Source: a virus
Virus record (IMG/VR): IMGVR_UViG_3300019458_000009
Coordinates: 1 to 59,493 of that record
Reading direction: 5' to 3' (one strand)
DNA: 59,493 nt
Shown: positions 9,325 to 19,524 of the stretch, piece after piece
Layout: each line of letters opens with the position of its first letter
Numbering within the stretch: the stretch's first letter is position 1
Notes under the pieces: model-generated
Database searches by the model: none
The model's input: only the letters and a program-made list of their open reading frames with translations
Told to the model about the DNA's origin: nothing
Program-made: the position numbers and the translations under genes

Positions 9325-9896
9325 TGGTCACCCCGCGCTCCCAGCGAGTCTTGGAGTTCATGGCGAGCACGGCCCGGCAGGAGCTGGTGCGCGGCGGGTT
9401 CCGCTTTCAGCGCACGATGCAAATTACCCGGCTGTCCGGGCCGACCACGCCCGCGTCGTTGTCGGTGCGCACCGGCGCCCTACGGCGCAGCATTCGCCAT
9501 GAGGTGGTGCAGACTGGTCGCTATGCTTATACGCTGATTGGAGTTATCGGCCAGGGTGTGCCGTACGCTCGAATTCACGAATTTGGTGGGACCATTGAGC
9601 CAAAGAAGGCCAAGCACCTGGCAATCCCGCTGCAGCGTGGCGCTAAAACGGCGTTTGGGCCGTCCGCGTATCCTGGCAAACTTACGTTCATCAAGAGCAA
9701 GGCCGGGAATAAGCTGCTAGCTGAGGTGACGGGACGCGGAACGCGCCGCCGCATCAAGCCCGTGTTTGTCTTAAAGAAGCAAGTGGTCGTGCCGGCGCGG
9801 CTGGGTTTTCGTCAAACCTTCCAGCAGGAAGCTCAAGTAACGTTGGTGAACATCCAGCAGAAGCTGCAAGTAATTAAGATGCGGGGAGGCCGTTGA
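9324..9896 (+). CDS. Neck/tail-completion protein, HK97 gp10-like or Mu G-like (190 aa).
   Basis: TAATG coupling. The central motif VPYARIHEFGGTIEPKKAKHLAIPL resembles the YA..HqFGg signature of these families. The region is visibly lower in GC. Confidence 0.45.
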   Translation: MVTPRSQRVLEFMASTARQELVRGGFRFQRTMQITRLSGPTTPASLSVRTGALRRSIRHEVVQTGRYAYTLIGVIGQGVPYARIHEFGGTIEPKKAKHLAIPLQRGAKTAFGPSAYPGKLTFIKSKAGNKLLAEVTGRGTRRRIKPVFVLKKQVVVPARLGFRQTFQQEAQVTLVNIQQKLQVIKMRGGR

Positions 9897-10363
9897 TGGC
9901 CTTGACTACGCTCAGGGAGGCGATCCTTGACCAGATCGCGGCGGAGCTGGCGGCCATCACGGTGGCCAACGGCTTCGAGCAGACCGTCAAGAAGGTCTAC
10001 CGTACCGGCGAGAGTACAGTTACGATCAACGAGGACCCGTCGTTGCTTATGGTGGACCGTGGCGATACGGCGGCCCGGCTCGTGCAGTTCGCCTACGAGA
10101 TGCGCTTACAGCTAGAGATCAAGACGCTGACGCGCGAGTACGTCACGGCGCTCAAGCGGCAGGAGGTCGAGCGGCTGCGCGCCGACGTGATCAAGCGGCT
10201 CATGCAGGACGAGACGCACGGCGGGTACGCCGTGGCGACGTTCGTGCAGGGCACGGACACCCGGCTGCCCGAGGTGAACGACCCGGACGGCATCGCGCTG
10301 GTCACCGTGGAGGTGCAGTACCGGGTGGTGGAGAGCAATCCATACCAGCAGCAGATACTGTGA
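9896..10363 (+). CDS. Hypothetical neck/tail-terminator-like protein (155 aa).
   Basis: ATG 9896 overlaps the upstream TGA by 1 nt; a TTG at 9893 is the alternative start. The function is inferred from position and size. Confidence 0.5.
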   Translation: MALTTLREAILDQIAAELAAITVANGFEQTVKKVYRTGESTVTINEDPSLLMVDRGDTAARLVQFAYEMRLQLEIKTLTREYVTALKRQEVERLRADVIKRLMQDETHGGYAVATFVQGTDTRLPEVNDPDGIALVTVEVQYRVVESNPYQQQIL

Positions 10364-10845
10364 TGGCTAACCCAACGCCGACAATCGACCAGGTGCTGAA
10401 CGCCGTCGTGGCGGAGATGAACTCCATGACGCCGCTCCCTGAGGGAGCGGTGCTCTACTTCGAGGGACACCTGCCCAGCGAGGCGGAGCTGCTGCGCAAG
10501 TACCGGGACGCGGTGAACCAATCGGCCGACGTGTGGCTGGTCTCGGCCGACGTGGATTCCGAAGAGGGCCCGGCACCGGGCGAGCTCTACTCGCTCTACC
10601 GGGTGCGCGTCCGCTACTTGTCGGTTCGGGTGGATGAGGAGGAGTGGTCGCGGCAGGCGCTCTTCGAAGCCGAGCGCGTGCGCACGGAGCTGGAGGCCAA
10701 CGCGGGCGTGTTCGCGATCGGCGGGCAGCGCCAGCTCCGCGCGACCGAAGCCATCTCCGTGGACGGCGCGTTCAAGGACGTGGAGGGCAGCCAGGTGTTC
10801 GAGGCCAACCTGCGGTTCACGGTGGAGGCCCGGCGGTGGCAATAG
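10360..10845 (+). CDS. Hypothetical neck/tail protein (161 aa).
   Basis: GTGATG start context overlapping the upstream stop. Confidence 0.5.
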   Translation: MMANPTPTIDQVLNAVVAEMNSMTPLPEGAVLYFEGHLPSEAELLRKYRDAVNQSADVWLVSADVDSEEGPAPGELYSLYRVRVRYLSVRVDEEEWSRQALFEAERVRTELEANAGVFAIGGQRQLRATEAISVDGAFKDVEGSQVFEANLRFTVEARRWQ

Positions 10846-11807
10846 CCAGCAACGTCCGGGCGGGGCGGGCGACGGCGTTCCTGGCGGCGTTCCAGCCGGC
10901 CAAGGGCACGGCCGTCTCGGACTTCACCACGGCCGGCGCGATCCGGCTGTGGACCGAGTCGGCGCAGCTGCCGTTGGCGCGCCGGTACGGCCTGGAGGCT
11001 TTCATGGACAGCGACCGGGTGCCTCACGAGGGCGCCCGCTTCCGGCGGCCCGAGGACCTGACGGGGCGGGCAGCGGTCCTGGCCACGCCCGAGAGCTTGG
11101 AGTGGCTGCTGCGGTCGAACTACGGGCCGTTCGCCGCCGGAGCCTTCTCGCTGCATACCCAGGTCGCGGACGACCGGTGGCTCACGCTGGGCTGGGTGGA
11201 GAACGTGGCCGGCGGTACGCAGAACTTCGTGCGCCTCGTGGATGCATGGTTCCACAGTCTGGAGCTCGTGGCGGAGGGCCCGGCGGGCCGCGTCATCGCG
11301 CTGTCGGACTTCGCCGCCCGGTCGTCGCTCGTGCAGGCGCTGAACGCCGGTGGGGTGACGCTCCCCGTGGCGCCGATGGCGCCGGCCGATTTGGGCGTCT
11401 TCCCGGTGTACGGCGCCCAGCTGTTTCGCGACCCGACGGGCGACAACGAGGAGCTACGCTTCCGCCAACTGCGTCTCCGGCTGGATCAGCGGCTGGGCTA
11501 CGAGTGGGACATGGGAGCCTTCAAGCGCGACGTGTTCAAGATGGGCAAGCTGCGCGCGACGCTGGAGTTCACGTCCGACGTGGGCGACGAGACCTGGCAG
11601 GCGCTGTCGAACCAGCGGGCTGGGACGGACGACCGGTACCGCGTGCGGCTCACCGCGGGGGCGAGCGTTTTCACCGTGGATCTCCACAACGTTATGTTGG
11701 AGGTGGAGGCGCTGGGGCACGAGGGACTGAGCTACGCGGAGTTCCGGGCGGCCGGGGTCGCCGCGCGGGACGCTGGCGGGAACTTTTTGACCGTAACCTT
11801 GACGTAA
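10836..11807 (+). CDS. Hypothetical tail structural protein, possibly the major tail protein (323 aa).
   Basis: The ORF frame opens at 10644, but that stretch overlaps the previous gene and is Arg/Gly junk. GTG 10836 is the first plausible start, though uncertain. Confidence 0.45.
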   Translation: MAIASNVRAGRATAFLAAFQPAKGTAVSDFTTAGAIRLWTESAQLPLARRYGLEAFMDSDRVPHEGARFRRPEDLTGRAAVLATPESLEWLLRSNYGPFAAGAFSLHTQVADDRWLTLGWVENVAGGTQNFVRLVDAWFHSLELVAEGPAGRVIALSDFAARSSLVQALNAGGVTLPVAPMAPADLGVFPVYGAQLFRDPTGDNEELRFRQLRLRLDQRLGYEWDMGAFKRDVFKMGKLRATLEFTSDVGDETWQALSNQRAGTDDRYRVRLTAGASVFTVDLHNVMLEVEALGHEGLSYAEFRAAGVAARDAGGNFLTVTLT

Positions 11808-11819
11808 GGAGTCGCAGTC

Positions 11820-13025
11820 GTGTCTATCACCTACGCAGACTTCCAGGTGCAGCTCGGCGCCGTGCTGCGCATCGCCCGCAAACGCGAGGCGCTGCTGGAG
11901 CACATCCGCCAGGCGGACAACGCCAACTACGACCGGCGGCTCCTGACCGCCGCGAACGGGTTCTCGACCTCGCAGACCGACGAGGCGCGCGTGCTCGGCC
12001 AGCACCTGGCGCACCTCGACGGCGCCGCGCTGACCAACATCCGGTCGGCCTGGACGGCCTACCGGTCGCTGCTCGAGGCAGCGACGGGGTTCCTGGACAT
12101 GATCGCGGACGATCTGGGCGCGAGTCAGGAGGACCGCGCGGCCGGCGCCATCCGCTACCTGTACGACGTGGTCGACGGGGTGGTGTCGATCAACGAGCGC
12201 CGGGGTAAGCTGGGCGCGCTCTACCGCGACATGCTCGACCAGAGCGAGAGCGTCAAGGCGAACGTGGTGACGTTCGGCTCGCTGACCGCGGGTCCGGACA
12301 ACCGGGGCCTGCTCACGGCGACCTCGGAGTCGGCCTTGTCGCACTGCCCGACGGGCACGCTGGTACTCGAGGTGGTGAGCGACAACGTGGACAACCCGAC
12401 GCTGCGGGCCTCGGTGGAGCTGACCAACCCGCTCCCCGATGGGACGGCCCGGATCGTGGGGGACAACCTGGTCACCTGCGAGCGGTCCTGGGAGGACGGC
12501 CCGACGGGCATCACGATGGTGCTGACCCGCACCGGTCTGGGGTCCCCGACGGAAAGTGGCGACAACGGCTCGCTGTTTTCCGGCACGACCATCGCGACCC
12601 CGGCGGAGTCGGACTCGGACAAGGGCATCTTCCACATCACCGTGACTCGGCAAGCGACGAGCCCGATCTGGTTGATCGAGGTATTCAACGACAGCGCGCG
12701 GGAGAACAAGGTGGGCTCCACGACGGCCGACACGACGTCGGGCACGGTAGCGTTGACCATCACTTGCCGGGGCGGGTCGGTCATCTCGACTACGTTCAAT
12801 CGCGCCAACGCGCACACGCACCTGCCGTCGGCCGGCAACACCGACGAGGATATCAGCTTCGACATCGAGACGCCGCGCCTTGGCGACCGCTGGACCCGGT
12901 CCCTGTCGAACGATGAGGCGGGGAATTTCTCGACGAAGCTCATGAAGCTCTGGCGGATCAGCCTGCCGACGGACGCCTCGCCGACGTTTACCGACGCGAA
13001 CGCGTCGAGCATCTCCATGAGTTGA
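11820..13025 (+). CDS. Hypothetical tail structural protein (401 aa).
   Basis: AAGGAG RBS, then GTG 11820. No family recognised. Confidence 0.55.
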   Translation: MSITYADFQVQLGAVLRIARKREALLEHIRQADNANYDRRLLTAANGFSTSQTDEARVLGQHLAHLDGAALTNIRSAWTAYRSLLEAATGFLDMIADDLGASQEDRAAGAIRYLYDVVDGVVSINERRGKLGALYRDMLDQSESVKANVVTFGSLTAGPDNRGLLTATSESALSHCPTGTLVLEVVSDNVDNPTLRASVELTNPLPDGTARIVGDNLVTCERSWEDGPTGITMVLTRTGLGSPTESGDNGSLFSGTTIATPAESDSDKGIFHITVTRQATSPIWLIEVFNDSARENKVGSTTADTTSGTVALTITCRGGSVISTTFNRANAHTHLPSAGNTDEDISFDIETPRLGDRWTRSLSNDEAGNFSTKLMKLWRISLPTDASPTFTDANASSISMS

Positions 13026-13037
13026 TTAATTGCGGAG

Positions 13038-13421
13038 GTGATGATCGTGGAACCGTGGAAGTGGGTAGAGGGCGGCGTTGAGATCGATGGGCAGGCGCAC
13101 GCGCTGCCGCCGATGGATCGTGCTGCCGCGCGACGCTTAATCGGGGAGCTCAACCAGAGCGCGGAGCTGTTCGAGGTGCTCAGCCTCGGCAAGGTGGCGT
13201 TCAGCAACGGGCGGGCGGCGTACGAGGACGCGGCGGCCAACCTGTCTCATCTGCTCACGGAGCTGCAGAAGGCCCAGCTGCGGTGGCTCACCGCGTTTGA
13301 CGACCTGTGCCGCGCGTTCGCGCCCCCCGTTAGGGCGGAGGCCATTGACTCGGCCGACCGTACCCGGTTCGCCTTTGAGACCATCCTGAAGATCGACGCT
13401 AAGCTAATGGAGAAAAGCTAA
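13038..13421 (+). CDS. Hypothetical protein, possibly a tail assembly chaperone by position (127 aa).
   Basis: GGAGG at 13034-13038. The start is ambiguous among GTG 13038, ATG 13041 and GTG 13047. The ORF ends with TAATG coupling to the next gene. Confidence 0.5.
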   Translation: MMIVEPWKWVEGGVEIDGQAHALPPMDRAAARRLIGELNQSAELFEVLSLGKVAFSNGRAAYEDAAANLSHLLTELQKAQLRWLTAFDDLCRAFAPPVRAEAIDSADRTRFAFETILKIDAKLMEKS

Positions 13422-14035
13422 TGGCCGAAGGCAACGAGGTACGATCAAAGCTTTCGCTAGACGTTGAAGACGCACGAGCGAAGCTCGAAGATATCGACGA
13501 TCGACAGGAGACGCAAGATGCCTTAATCCTCAAGGCGTCTGATCGTCTGGTGCGTCTAGCTTCTGAGCGCGATAAATCCAACGCGTTAATCGACGCCTTG
13601 GAGACTCGGATTGGGCGGTTGAGCAAGGCGGTTGCTCGCATCGGGCTTGCCACGATCACCACGGAAGCGCTGGCTACGGCGGGATTAGAGAGTTCTTTTT
13701 TCGGCCGTCTGACCGGCAACGTGTTGACCGGCGCCGCGTTCAACCCACTGAACCCGGCGACCGGTGCTGGCATTGCGGCGATCGCTACTATCATTAATGA
13801 ATTGCTCCGTGCGTTTCGCGAGTTACTAAAAGCTAGCGACACGCTACGGGAGGAACAGGATAAACTGCGTCAGCAATTTATCGAGGCAGAACGCAAGCGC
13901 GTCACAGAACTGCAGCGGATCGAGGCAGAGGGGCGGCAGCGCGCTCTGCAGATCGAGCTGCAGGCTATCCCGGGCCGCAGCGAGATCATCTACCAGGCGC
14001 AGCGCGCGCTGGCGCGCAAGCGGAGGGCTGGGTAA
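13421..14035 (+). CDS. Short tape-measure-like or internal protein: coiled coils flanking a Gly/Ala-rich hydrophobic core (204 aa).
   Basis: The sequence RLSKAVARIGLATITTEALATAGLESSFFGRLTGNVLTGAAFNPLNPATGAGIAAIATII sits between charged helical segments. Confidence 0.4.
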   Translation: MAEGNEVRSKLSLDVEDARAKLEDIDDRQETQDALILKASDRLVRLASERDKSNALIDALETRIGRLSKAVARIGLATITTEALATAGLESSFFGRLTGNVLTGAAFNPLNPATGAGIAAIATIINELLRAFRELLKASDTLREEQDKLRQQFIEAERKRVTELQRIEAEGRQRALQIELQAIPGRSEIIYQAQRALARKRRAG

Positions 14036-15082
14036 ATGGGCTACTCCATCGAGATCGGCGAGGGGTTGGACAAGTTGACCCTGGACGCCAACATCAGGTT
14101 CGACCTGGATTCCCAGCTGTCGCAGACCTCGAACGGAGCGGCGGATAAGACCGAGATCTACCTGGAGATCGAGGGCGAAATCGTAGAGCCCAGCGCATCG
14201 GACGTGGTGCAGCGGATCATCGACTTCTCCGAGGAGGTGAAGACAAAGGTCTCCCCGCGCCGGATCCGCATCCTGCTGGACAACGTAGAGAAGTTCGACT
14301 TTCAGCCGAACGAGGCCCTGGGCTCGCCGATCGTAACTCGCTTCCGCACCTTCTCGGACAACGACGGGGGCGAGTCGCACTGGCGGTGGGCTATGTCCGC
14401 GTACATCCTGCTGTCGGCGCGGGCCCAGGACCTGGGGGACTCGGACATTGTCGACCTGACTACCTCCCTGGAGGTCACCAAGAAGAACGGGCAGGTCATC
14501 AAGAAGGTCTGGAAAGCGGCGGCTCGGGGCAAGACGGCCGCGATCGCCGAGACCAAGGTGCGCTCCTTCCAGCCCGCCGAGACGATCATCAAGGAGATCG
14601 TCGAGACCTTCGCTCAGGAGGCCCGCGCCACCGGCGTGTGGATTTGGGAGGCACAGAAGGACCGTAATATCGTGGCCGTCATCGAGACGGTGCGGCTGCG
14701 CGACAGCGGCGCGGATTACATCGCAGACACGCAGGTCGGCGAGCCGGGCGTCGTGCCCGGGCCGGCGCCACTGCTGCACCTGGCTGCGCGCGGACCGGGC
14801 GAGTGCGAGATCACCATCGTGGTGAAGGGCCCCGACCCCGCGGCGCTGGCGCCGGTGCCCCCGCACTTCCAGGAGGGCGGCGGGATCGTGCGCGTGGTCG
14901 CGCGCGAGCTGAAGCCTACGAAGCCGTCGCCGGACGACGACTTCCTCCGGACCGGGCTCTATAAGATCGAGTACACCGAGGTGTGGCTCTCAACGGAGCC
15001 CTTCTCGGACCTAGATCACGGCGACCACGCGAACATCGTGCTGATCCAGCCGCCCCCGGACGGGAACATCCTGGAGGACTAG
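14036..15082 (+). CDS. Hypothetical tail protein (348 aa).
   Basis: ATG directly after the upstream TAA. No family recognised. Confidence 0.55.
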   Translation: MGYSIEIGEGLDKLTLDANIRFDLDSQLSQTSNGAADKTEIYLEIEGEIVEPSASDVVQRIIDFSEEVKTKVSPRRIRILLDNVEKFDFQPNEALGSPIVTRFRTFSDNDGGESHWRWAMSAYILLSARAQDLGDSDIVDLTTSLEVTKKNGQVIKKVWKAAARGKTAAIAETKVRSFQPAETIIKEIVETFAQEARATGVWIWEAQKDRNIVAVIETVRLRDSGADYIADTQVGEPGVVPGPAPLLHLAARGPGECEITIVVKGPDPAALAPVPPHFQEGGGIVRVVARELKPTKPSPDDDFLRTGLYKIEYTEVWLSTEPFSDLDHGDHANIVLIQPPPDGNILED

Positions 15083-17589
15083 TGGCCGTTTTCCACAAAG
15101 TAACGTACCAAGGGCTGACGTGCCAGGCGGTGAGCTACCGCCGCTCGCCGTGGTTTGACCCGGAGCCGGGCTACGTCGACATCAATCTGCGGGATCTGGG
15201 GCAGATCAAGATCCTGGTAGACGACGTGCCGTGGCCCGCGGTGAACGGCAAGGAGATCGAGGGGCAGCTGCCGATCAGCGCTTGGAATCGGCTGCGTCCT
15301 ACGGTTACAGCGGGCCGGGCGCGCCCGCAGGGCGAGGGTGCCCCGGAGGGCGGCGGCCTGCGCCACTTCGGCGATCTCGTGATGCAGAGTTACGACGGCT
15401 CGACGGCGCTCTCCGACGAGATGCGGTATAACTGGGTCTACGTCGACTCCGCCGGGATCGAGGAGGTCACCCGCAACCTCGCCGACATCAAGGCCCACAA
15501 TCGGGGGAAGGTGCGCGTGCCACTGACCGACGTCCGCAAATATTACCGCGCGTACGGCATGCTGGTGCAGCGCATCAACGTCCGTAGCCGGGCGGGGTAC
15601 TGGGACCCGCTCAGCCTCAACGACGGCGTGCCGTGGAGCCTGCAGGACGTGATCGCGTACCTGCTGAGTCAGCTGCCCGGCAGCCCGGCGCCCTCATTTG
15701 CGCCCGACGTCCCGGGGCAGACGCTGGCCGTGACCCCGGAGAACTTGACGGCAATCGGCGATCCGGTGGTCGAGGTGTTGGAGGACCTGCTCAAGAAAAA
15801 CGGCCTCGTGCCGTTGATGCTGCCGGATGGGAATTTTCGCGTCACCGTACGCGGCTCGAAGCTGGTGACGGAGGGGGAGATTGCCTTCGACCTGGGCCAG
15901 TATGGCGCGTACCCCAAGGAGCACTACGAGACCAAGAGCGCGTACGTCACCGACCGGCCGCCGCTGGTGCAGGTCATCGGCAAGCCGGTGATCCGGCGCA
16001 TCACGCGGACTTACGTGGCCGCGCTTCAGGACCTGGATGGCATGATCTACAAGCTATCCGACGCGCCGCTCATCATCGGGTACTCGGTCGCCGCCATCAA
16101 GGCGCAGGTGTTCAACGATGAGAAGCAGTTCGGGGATCTGAACTCGCCGGAGCACCGGGAGATGCTGCAGCGGTGCGCGTACAAGATGTACGTGCCCGCC
16201 GACGCCTTCGAGGGCGCCGCCGTGACCGACCTGGGCGGGTCGAGCGTCGTCTCGGCGGTTGGCGTAGCTACCGAGCTGCTGGAGCAGCAGCCGTTCTTGC
16301 CGGTGCAGAAGGCGCCCATGTACGTGGGCGACCTGGACAAGCGCACTCCGCCGATTGACGACGGCGTGCCGGATCGCGAGCGGTACGTGCTGATGAAGCC
16401 GATCGCCTACGGCAACCGGATCAGCCAGGACTGGTTCGAGGACGTGGGCGCGCTCGAGGACTACTTTAACCGGCTGAAGGTCCCGGCGGTCGCGCTGATC
16501 GGCAACTTGGGCGTGCTCGACGCACAGCTCGAGCGCCTGGCCGCACAGTACAACGACGAGGTGCCGCGGGCTGCAGACGCCGCCGTGGAGGTTGTGCCGC
16601 TGACCGGGAACCCGGCGGCCATCCTGGGGACGCTCCAGACGGCGACGAAGTTCGTGCAGCGTCTCGTCGAGACGCCTTCCTTGGAGGGCCGGGCTCGGTT
16701 GTCGCTTAACGGCGACGTCGTGCGGAGCCTGAAGTTCCTGGACCCGCTCGCCCCGCACGAGCAGGCGCTGCAGCTGGCGTTCAACGACCCGCCCATGGTC
16801 GACCTGGTGCGGGACAAGATCCAGAAGATGCGCGCGGAGATCCTACGCATGCGCGCGGAGGCACAGGCGTCGCTGGCGGCCTGGAACTCGCAGTTCTCCA
16901 GCTTCAGGAACGCATTCGACGAAGTGGGTGGCATCCAGGCTAAGGTCAACGTGCCGTGGGGGCCGCTGCCGGACGGGTCGTACCACATCGATGAGAACAC
17001 CGGCATCCTGTGGGCCGACGACCCGCTGTGTCACATGGCGCAAGCGTTCACCATCGACGACGGCCCGGTGGAGGTGGGCAGCGACGGGGCCATCGTGGTG
17101 ACGGCGGGCTACGAGGTGTACGACAACCACACGGGCGGGCTGACCAGCGTGCTGCTCAGTTCCGGGGACGACGAAGACGACTCCACGCCGGAGGCGGAGA
17201 TCGTCGGCGCCAACCGGCCCAGCCCGCTCAAGGCTAAGATCGTGCGATCGCCGCGCATGCGGATGTATCAGGCGGACCTGGGCACGCCGATGAACCTGCA
17301 CGAGTGCGAGGCACAGGCGCTCGACGCGGGCGCCGGCGAGCTGACCGTACCGAAGGTCCTGGGTGGCCGGACGTTCACGTTCTCCGGCCTGGTGCTGGCC
17401 ATGCTGGACGGTGGCGTGAACACGGTGCAGCACGCGTGGGACAGCGAGAGCCGCCAGCCCGCGTACACCTACGTGGCGGTGAACGCGCCGGGCTGCCGGG
17501 CCCCGGTATTCCCAGTGGACGCAGCGCCGCCGGAGACGCCGCACTGGACCATTCGCGAGTACGAGCAGCAGGGGCGCGAGGGATTCTAA
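15082..17589 (+). CDS. Large tail/baseplate-hub-like structural protein (835 aa).
   Basis: GTG 15082 overlaps the upstream TAG. The ORF-track start at 14983 would lie inside the previous gene. The function is inferred from position and size. Confidence 0.55.
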   Translation: MAVFHKVTYQGLTCQAVSYRRSPWFDPEPGYVDINLRDLGQIKILVDDVPWPAVNGKEIEGQLPISAWNRLRPTVTAGRARPQGEGAPEGGGLRHFGDLVMQSYDGSTALSDEMRYNWVYVDSAGIEEVTRNLADIKAHNRGKVRVPLTDVRKYYRAYGMLVQRINVRSRAGYWDPLSLNDGVPWSLQDVIAYLLSQLPGSPAPSFAPDVPGQTLAVTPENLTAIGDPVVEVLEDLLKKNGLVPLMLPDGNFRVTVRGSKLVTEGEIAFDLGQYGAYPKEHYETKSAYVTDRPPLVQVIGKPVIRRITRTYVAALQDLDGMIYKLSDAPLIIGYSVAAIKAQVFNDEKQFGDLNSPEHREMLQRCAYKMYVPADAFEGAAVTDLGGSSVVSAVGVATELLEQQPFLPVQKAPMYVGDLDKRTPPIDDGVPDRERYVLMKPIAYGNRISQDWFEDVGALEDYFNRLKVPAVALIGNLGVLDAQLERLAAQYNDEVPRAADAAVEVVPLTGNPAAILGTLQTATKFVQRLVETPSLEGRARLSLNGDVVRSLKFLDPLAPHEQALQLAFNDPPMVDLVRDKIQKMRAEILRMRAEAQASLAAWNSQFSSFRNAFDEVGGIQAKVNVPWGPLPDGSYHIDENTGILWADDPLCHMAQAFTIDDGPVEVGSDGAIVVTAGYEVYDNHTGGLTSVLLSSGDDEDDSTPEAEIVGANRPSPLKAKIVRSPRMRMYQADLGTPMNLHECEAQALDAGAGELTVPKVLGGRTFTFSGLVLAMLDGGVNTVQHAWDSESRQPAYTYVAVNAPGCRAPVFPVDAAPPETPHWTIREYEQQGREGF

Positions 17590-17590
17590 C

Positions 17591-17956
17591 ATGGCCGATA
17601 AGCTGATCACGGTGCGCGAGAACTCGCGGCCGTTTTTGACCTTCGAGATGGTGGACTTCCGCAACGAGGTAGACCCCACGTTGGCGGTCGACATCACCGG
17701 TTGGGCGTTCCGGCTCGTGGTAAAGAACGATATCGACGACCCGGACGCGCAGGCGCTGGTGGACCTGGCCGGGGTCATCGTGTCCGCGCCAGCGGGCACG
17801 TTCAGCTTCACGCTGACGACGGCGCACACCTCGCTCGCGCCGGGAACCTACGTCGGCGAGATCCGGTGGTGGGAAGACGGGGTGACGACTAACCCGCCGC
17901 ACGACGCGTGGCGGGTCTCGTACACGGTGCAAAAAGCGGTGGACAACACGGTGTAG
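17591..17956 (+). CDS. Small beta-sandwich-like tail protein (121 aa).
   Basis: ORF with ATG 2 nt after the upstream stop. The sequence is beta-rich (FSFTLTTAHTSLAPGTYVGEIRWWEDG). Confidence 0.5.
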   Translation: MADKLITVRENSRPFLTFEMVDFRNEVDPTLAVDITGWAFRLVVKNDIDDPDAQALVDLAGVIVSAPAGTFSFTLTTAHTSLAPGTYVGEIRWWEDGVTTNPPHDAWRVSYTVQKAVDNTV

Positions 17957-17957
17957 C

Positions 17958-19067
17958 ATGCCAGATAGCGCCGGACGAAACTCGGGCTTCGACCGCGGGC
18001 CGCTCAAGCGGATGCCCGTGCTGTGGGACATCACCGAGAAGCCCTTTGACAACACCGACCGGGAGGACAAGCTCGGCCAGGGCGATGCCACCCGCGCGGT
18101 GGCGTACCACGACTTCGACGCCGCCACGAAGAAGTGCACGCTGGCCGACGGGTTCACGCCCGAGAACTCCACGATCATGAGCGCGCGCCAGTTCGAGCCG
18201 GACAACTGGATGCTACGCCTCCACGACGAGAAGGGCAAGGGCAAGGACTCGGTCTGGGCGCTCCGGATGATCGCGGAGCACACCAACAAGTCGTACGAGC
18301 GCAAGCACCGCTCGACGATGTTCATCAGCGAGGGCGAGCTGCAGATCTGGGGCTGGGCGCAGGACCTCTTCTGGCTCGTGGACTTGGCCGCCGTCACGGA
18401 GCACCCGGAGCTGGAGATCAACCCCGCGGGGTTCCTGAACATGCTGTACAGCGACGACCACGCGGGCGCGTCATCCAAGCGCGGCTGCCTATCGCTCAAC
18501 CTGTCCCGCAACGGCGGTCACGTCACGGGCTACCGGGGCGGGCAGCAGCGCGTCGGCCAGCTGTGGCATCCGTTCACGATCTTCAGCGAGCGAACGGCCT
18601 CCGGCTTTGGCGAGGACGGCCAGCTGTTGATCGGCAGCGAGCTCTGCCTGCGGCGCGACGTGAAATTTGATTACAACGACGGCGGGCCTCGCATGATGCC
18701 GGACGCGCCGTTCACGTCGATCTCCCCGTCCGTAGGGGAAGTGCCGTACAAGGTGTTCTTCTACGTAGACTCGCCGGGGCCGAACCTGCCAGCGCTCGAC
18801 ATGGCGAAGGACGAGTCCTCAAACCAGACCGAGATCGAGAAGGTGACCGGCTTCCCGATCAAGGCGTTCGTGCTCATCCCGGAGGTTGAGGATGAGTTCG
18901 ATGACACCGTGAGCGACAGCGGGCTCTCATACCCCAAAGAGCAGTACGACGACGAGGACGTTGGAACGTCCGGGTTTTCACAAGCGGAGCCGACGCATTC
19001 GGGATCTACTGCGGACAATTCCGAGCCGATGCAGATGGCGAACTTTATTCCGATATTCCCCCCATAG
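17958..19067 (+). CDS. Hypothetical tail protein with an acidic C-terminus (369 aa).
   Basis: ORF with ATG 2 nt after the upstream stop. No family recognised. Confidence 0.55.
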   Translation: MPDSAGRNSGFDRGPLKRMPVLWDITEKPFDNTDREDKLGQGDATRAVAYHDFDAATKKCTLADGFTPENSTIMSARQFEPDNWMLRLHDEKGKGKDSVWALRMIAEHTNKSYERKHRSTMFISEGELQIWGWAQDLFWLVDLAAVTEHPELEINPAGFLNMLYSDDHAGASSKRGCLSLNLSRNGGHVTGYRGGQQRVGQLWHPFTIFSERTASGFGEDGQLLIGSELCLRRDVKFDYNDGGPRMMPDAPFTSISPSVGEVPYKVFFYVDSPGPNLPALDMAKDESSNQTEIEKVTGFPIKAFVLIPEVEDEFDDTVSDSGLSYPKEQYDDEDVGTSGFSQAEPTHSGSTADNSEPMQMANFIPIFPP

Positions 19068-19074
19068 GTGAACG

Positions 19075-19524
19075 ATGGAAGTCAGGGTCGCCAAAGCGAA
19101 CGGACGCGATTACAAGATGTCCGTCCGCGTCCAGATCCCGCTCGATCTGGGAACGGATCGGGGTTTCCGGATGTACTTCAAAGTCGCCATCTCGGCGGCG
19201 TATACCGGCGGGCAGTCTACCGACTTCTCGATGGTCTGGCGCGCGGTGCCGAACAACTCCGATCCGAGCGCGATCGCCTTTACGGAAACGGACTTCACGT
19301 TCGATTCGGGGGAATCCCTGCCGGTCGAATCGTCGGGCAAGTGGAAGACTTACGTCTTCGAGGTCAAGCATTCGGATTTGACGGGCGCGGAAGGCGGGGA
19401 GCTTCATCTCGTCTTTTACGTCATCAACAGTTCGACCGGCCCGGACTGGTATCTCAACCAGGAAGGATGGGTCTTTCCGCGCATCTCGGGCGGCGGGACG
19501 ACCGGAATAACGGCGGTGGCTTGA
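19075..19524 (+). CDS. Hypothetical jelly-roll-like tail accessory protein (149 aa).
   Basis: AGGTGA RBS. The region is lower in GC, and the ORF is coupled by TGATG to the next gene. Confidence 0.5.
   Translation: MEVRVAKANGRDYKMSVRVQIPLDLGTDRGFRMYFKVAISAAYTGGQSTDFSMVWRAVPNNSDPSAIAFTETDFTFDSGESLPVESSGKWKTYVFEVKHSDLTGAEGGELHLVFYVINSSTGPDWYLNQEGWVFPRISGGGTTGITAVA

Noticed and set aside
10634-12208. A 524-aa plus-strand ORF, rich in Arg/Gly/Pro, overlapping the tail genes.
   Set aside because: It is an out-of-frame open reading frame, typical of GC-rich DNA. It overlaps better-supported genes with RBSs, has low-complexity RGP composition, and has no start context.
13300-13430. A programmed -1 frameshift between the chaperone-like gene (13038-13421) and the tape-measure-like gene.
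   Set aside because: There is no X XXY YYZ slippery heptamer near the 3' end (only GAGAAAAGC). The next gene has its own ATG in a TAATG overlap.
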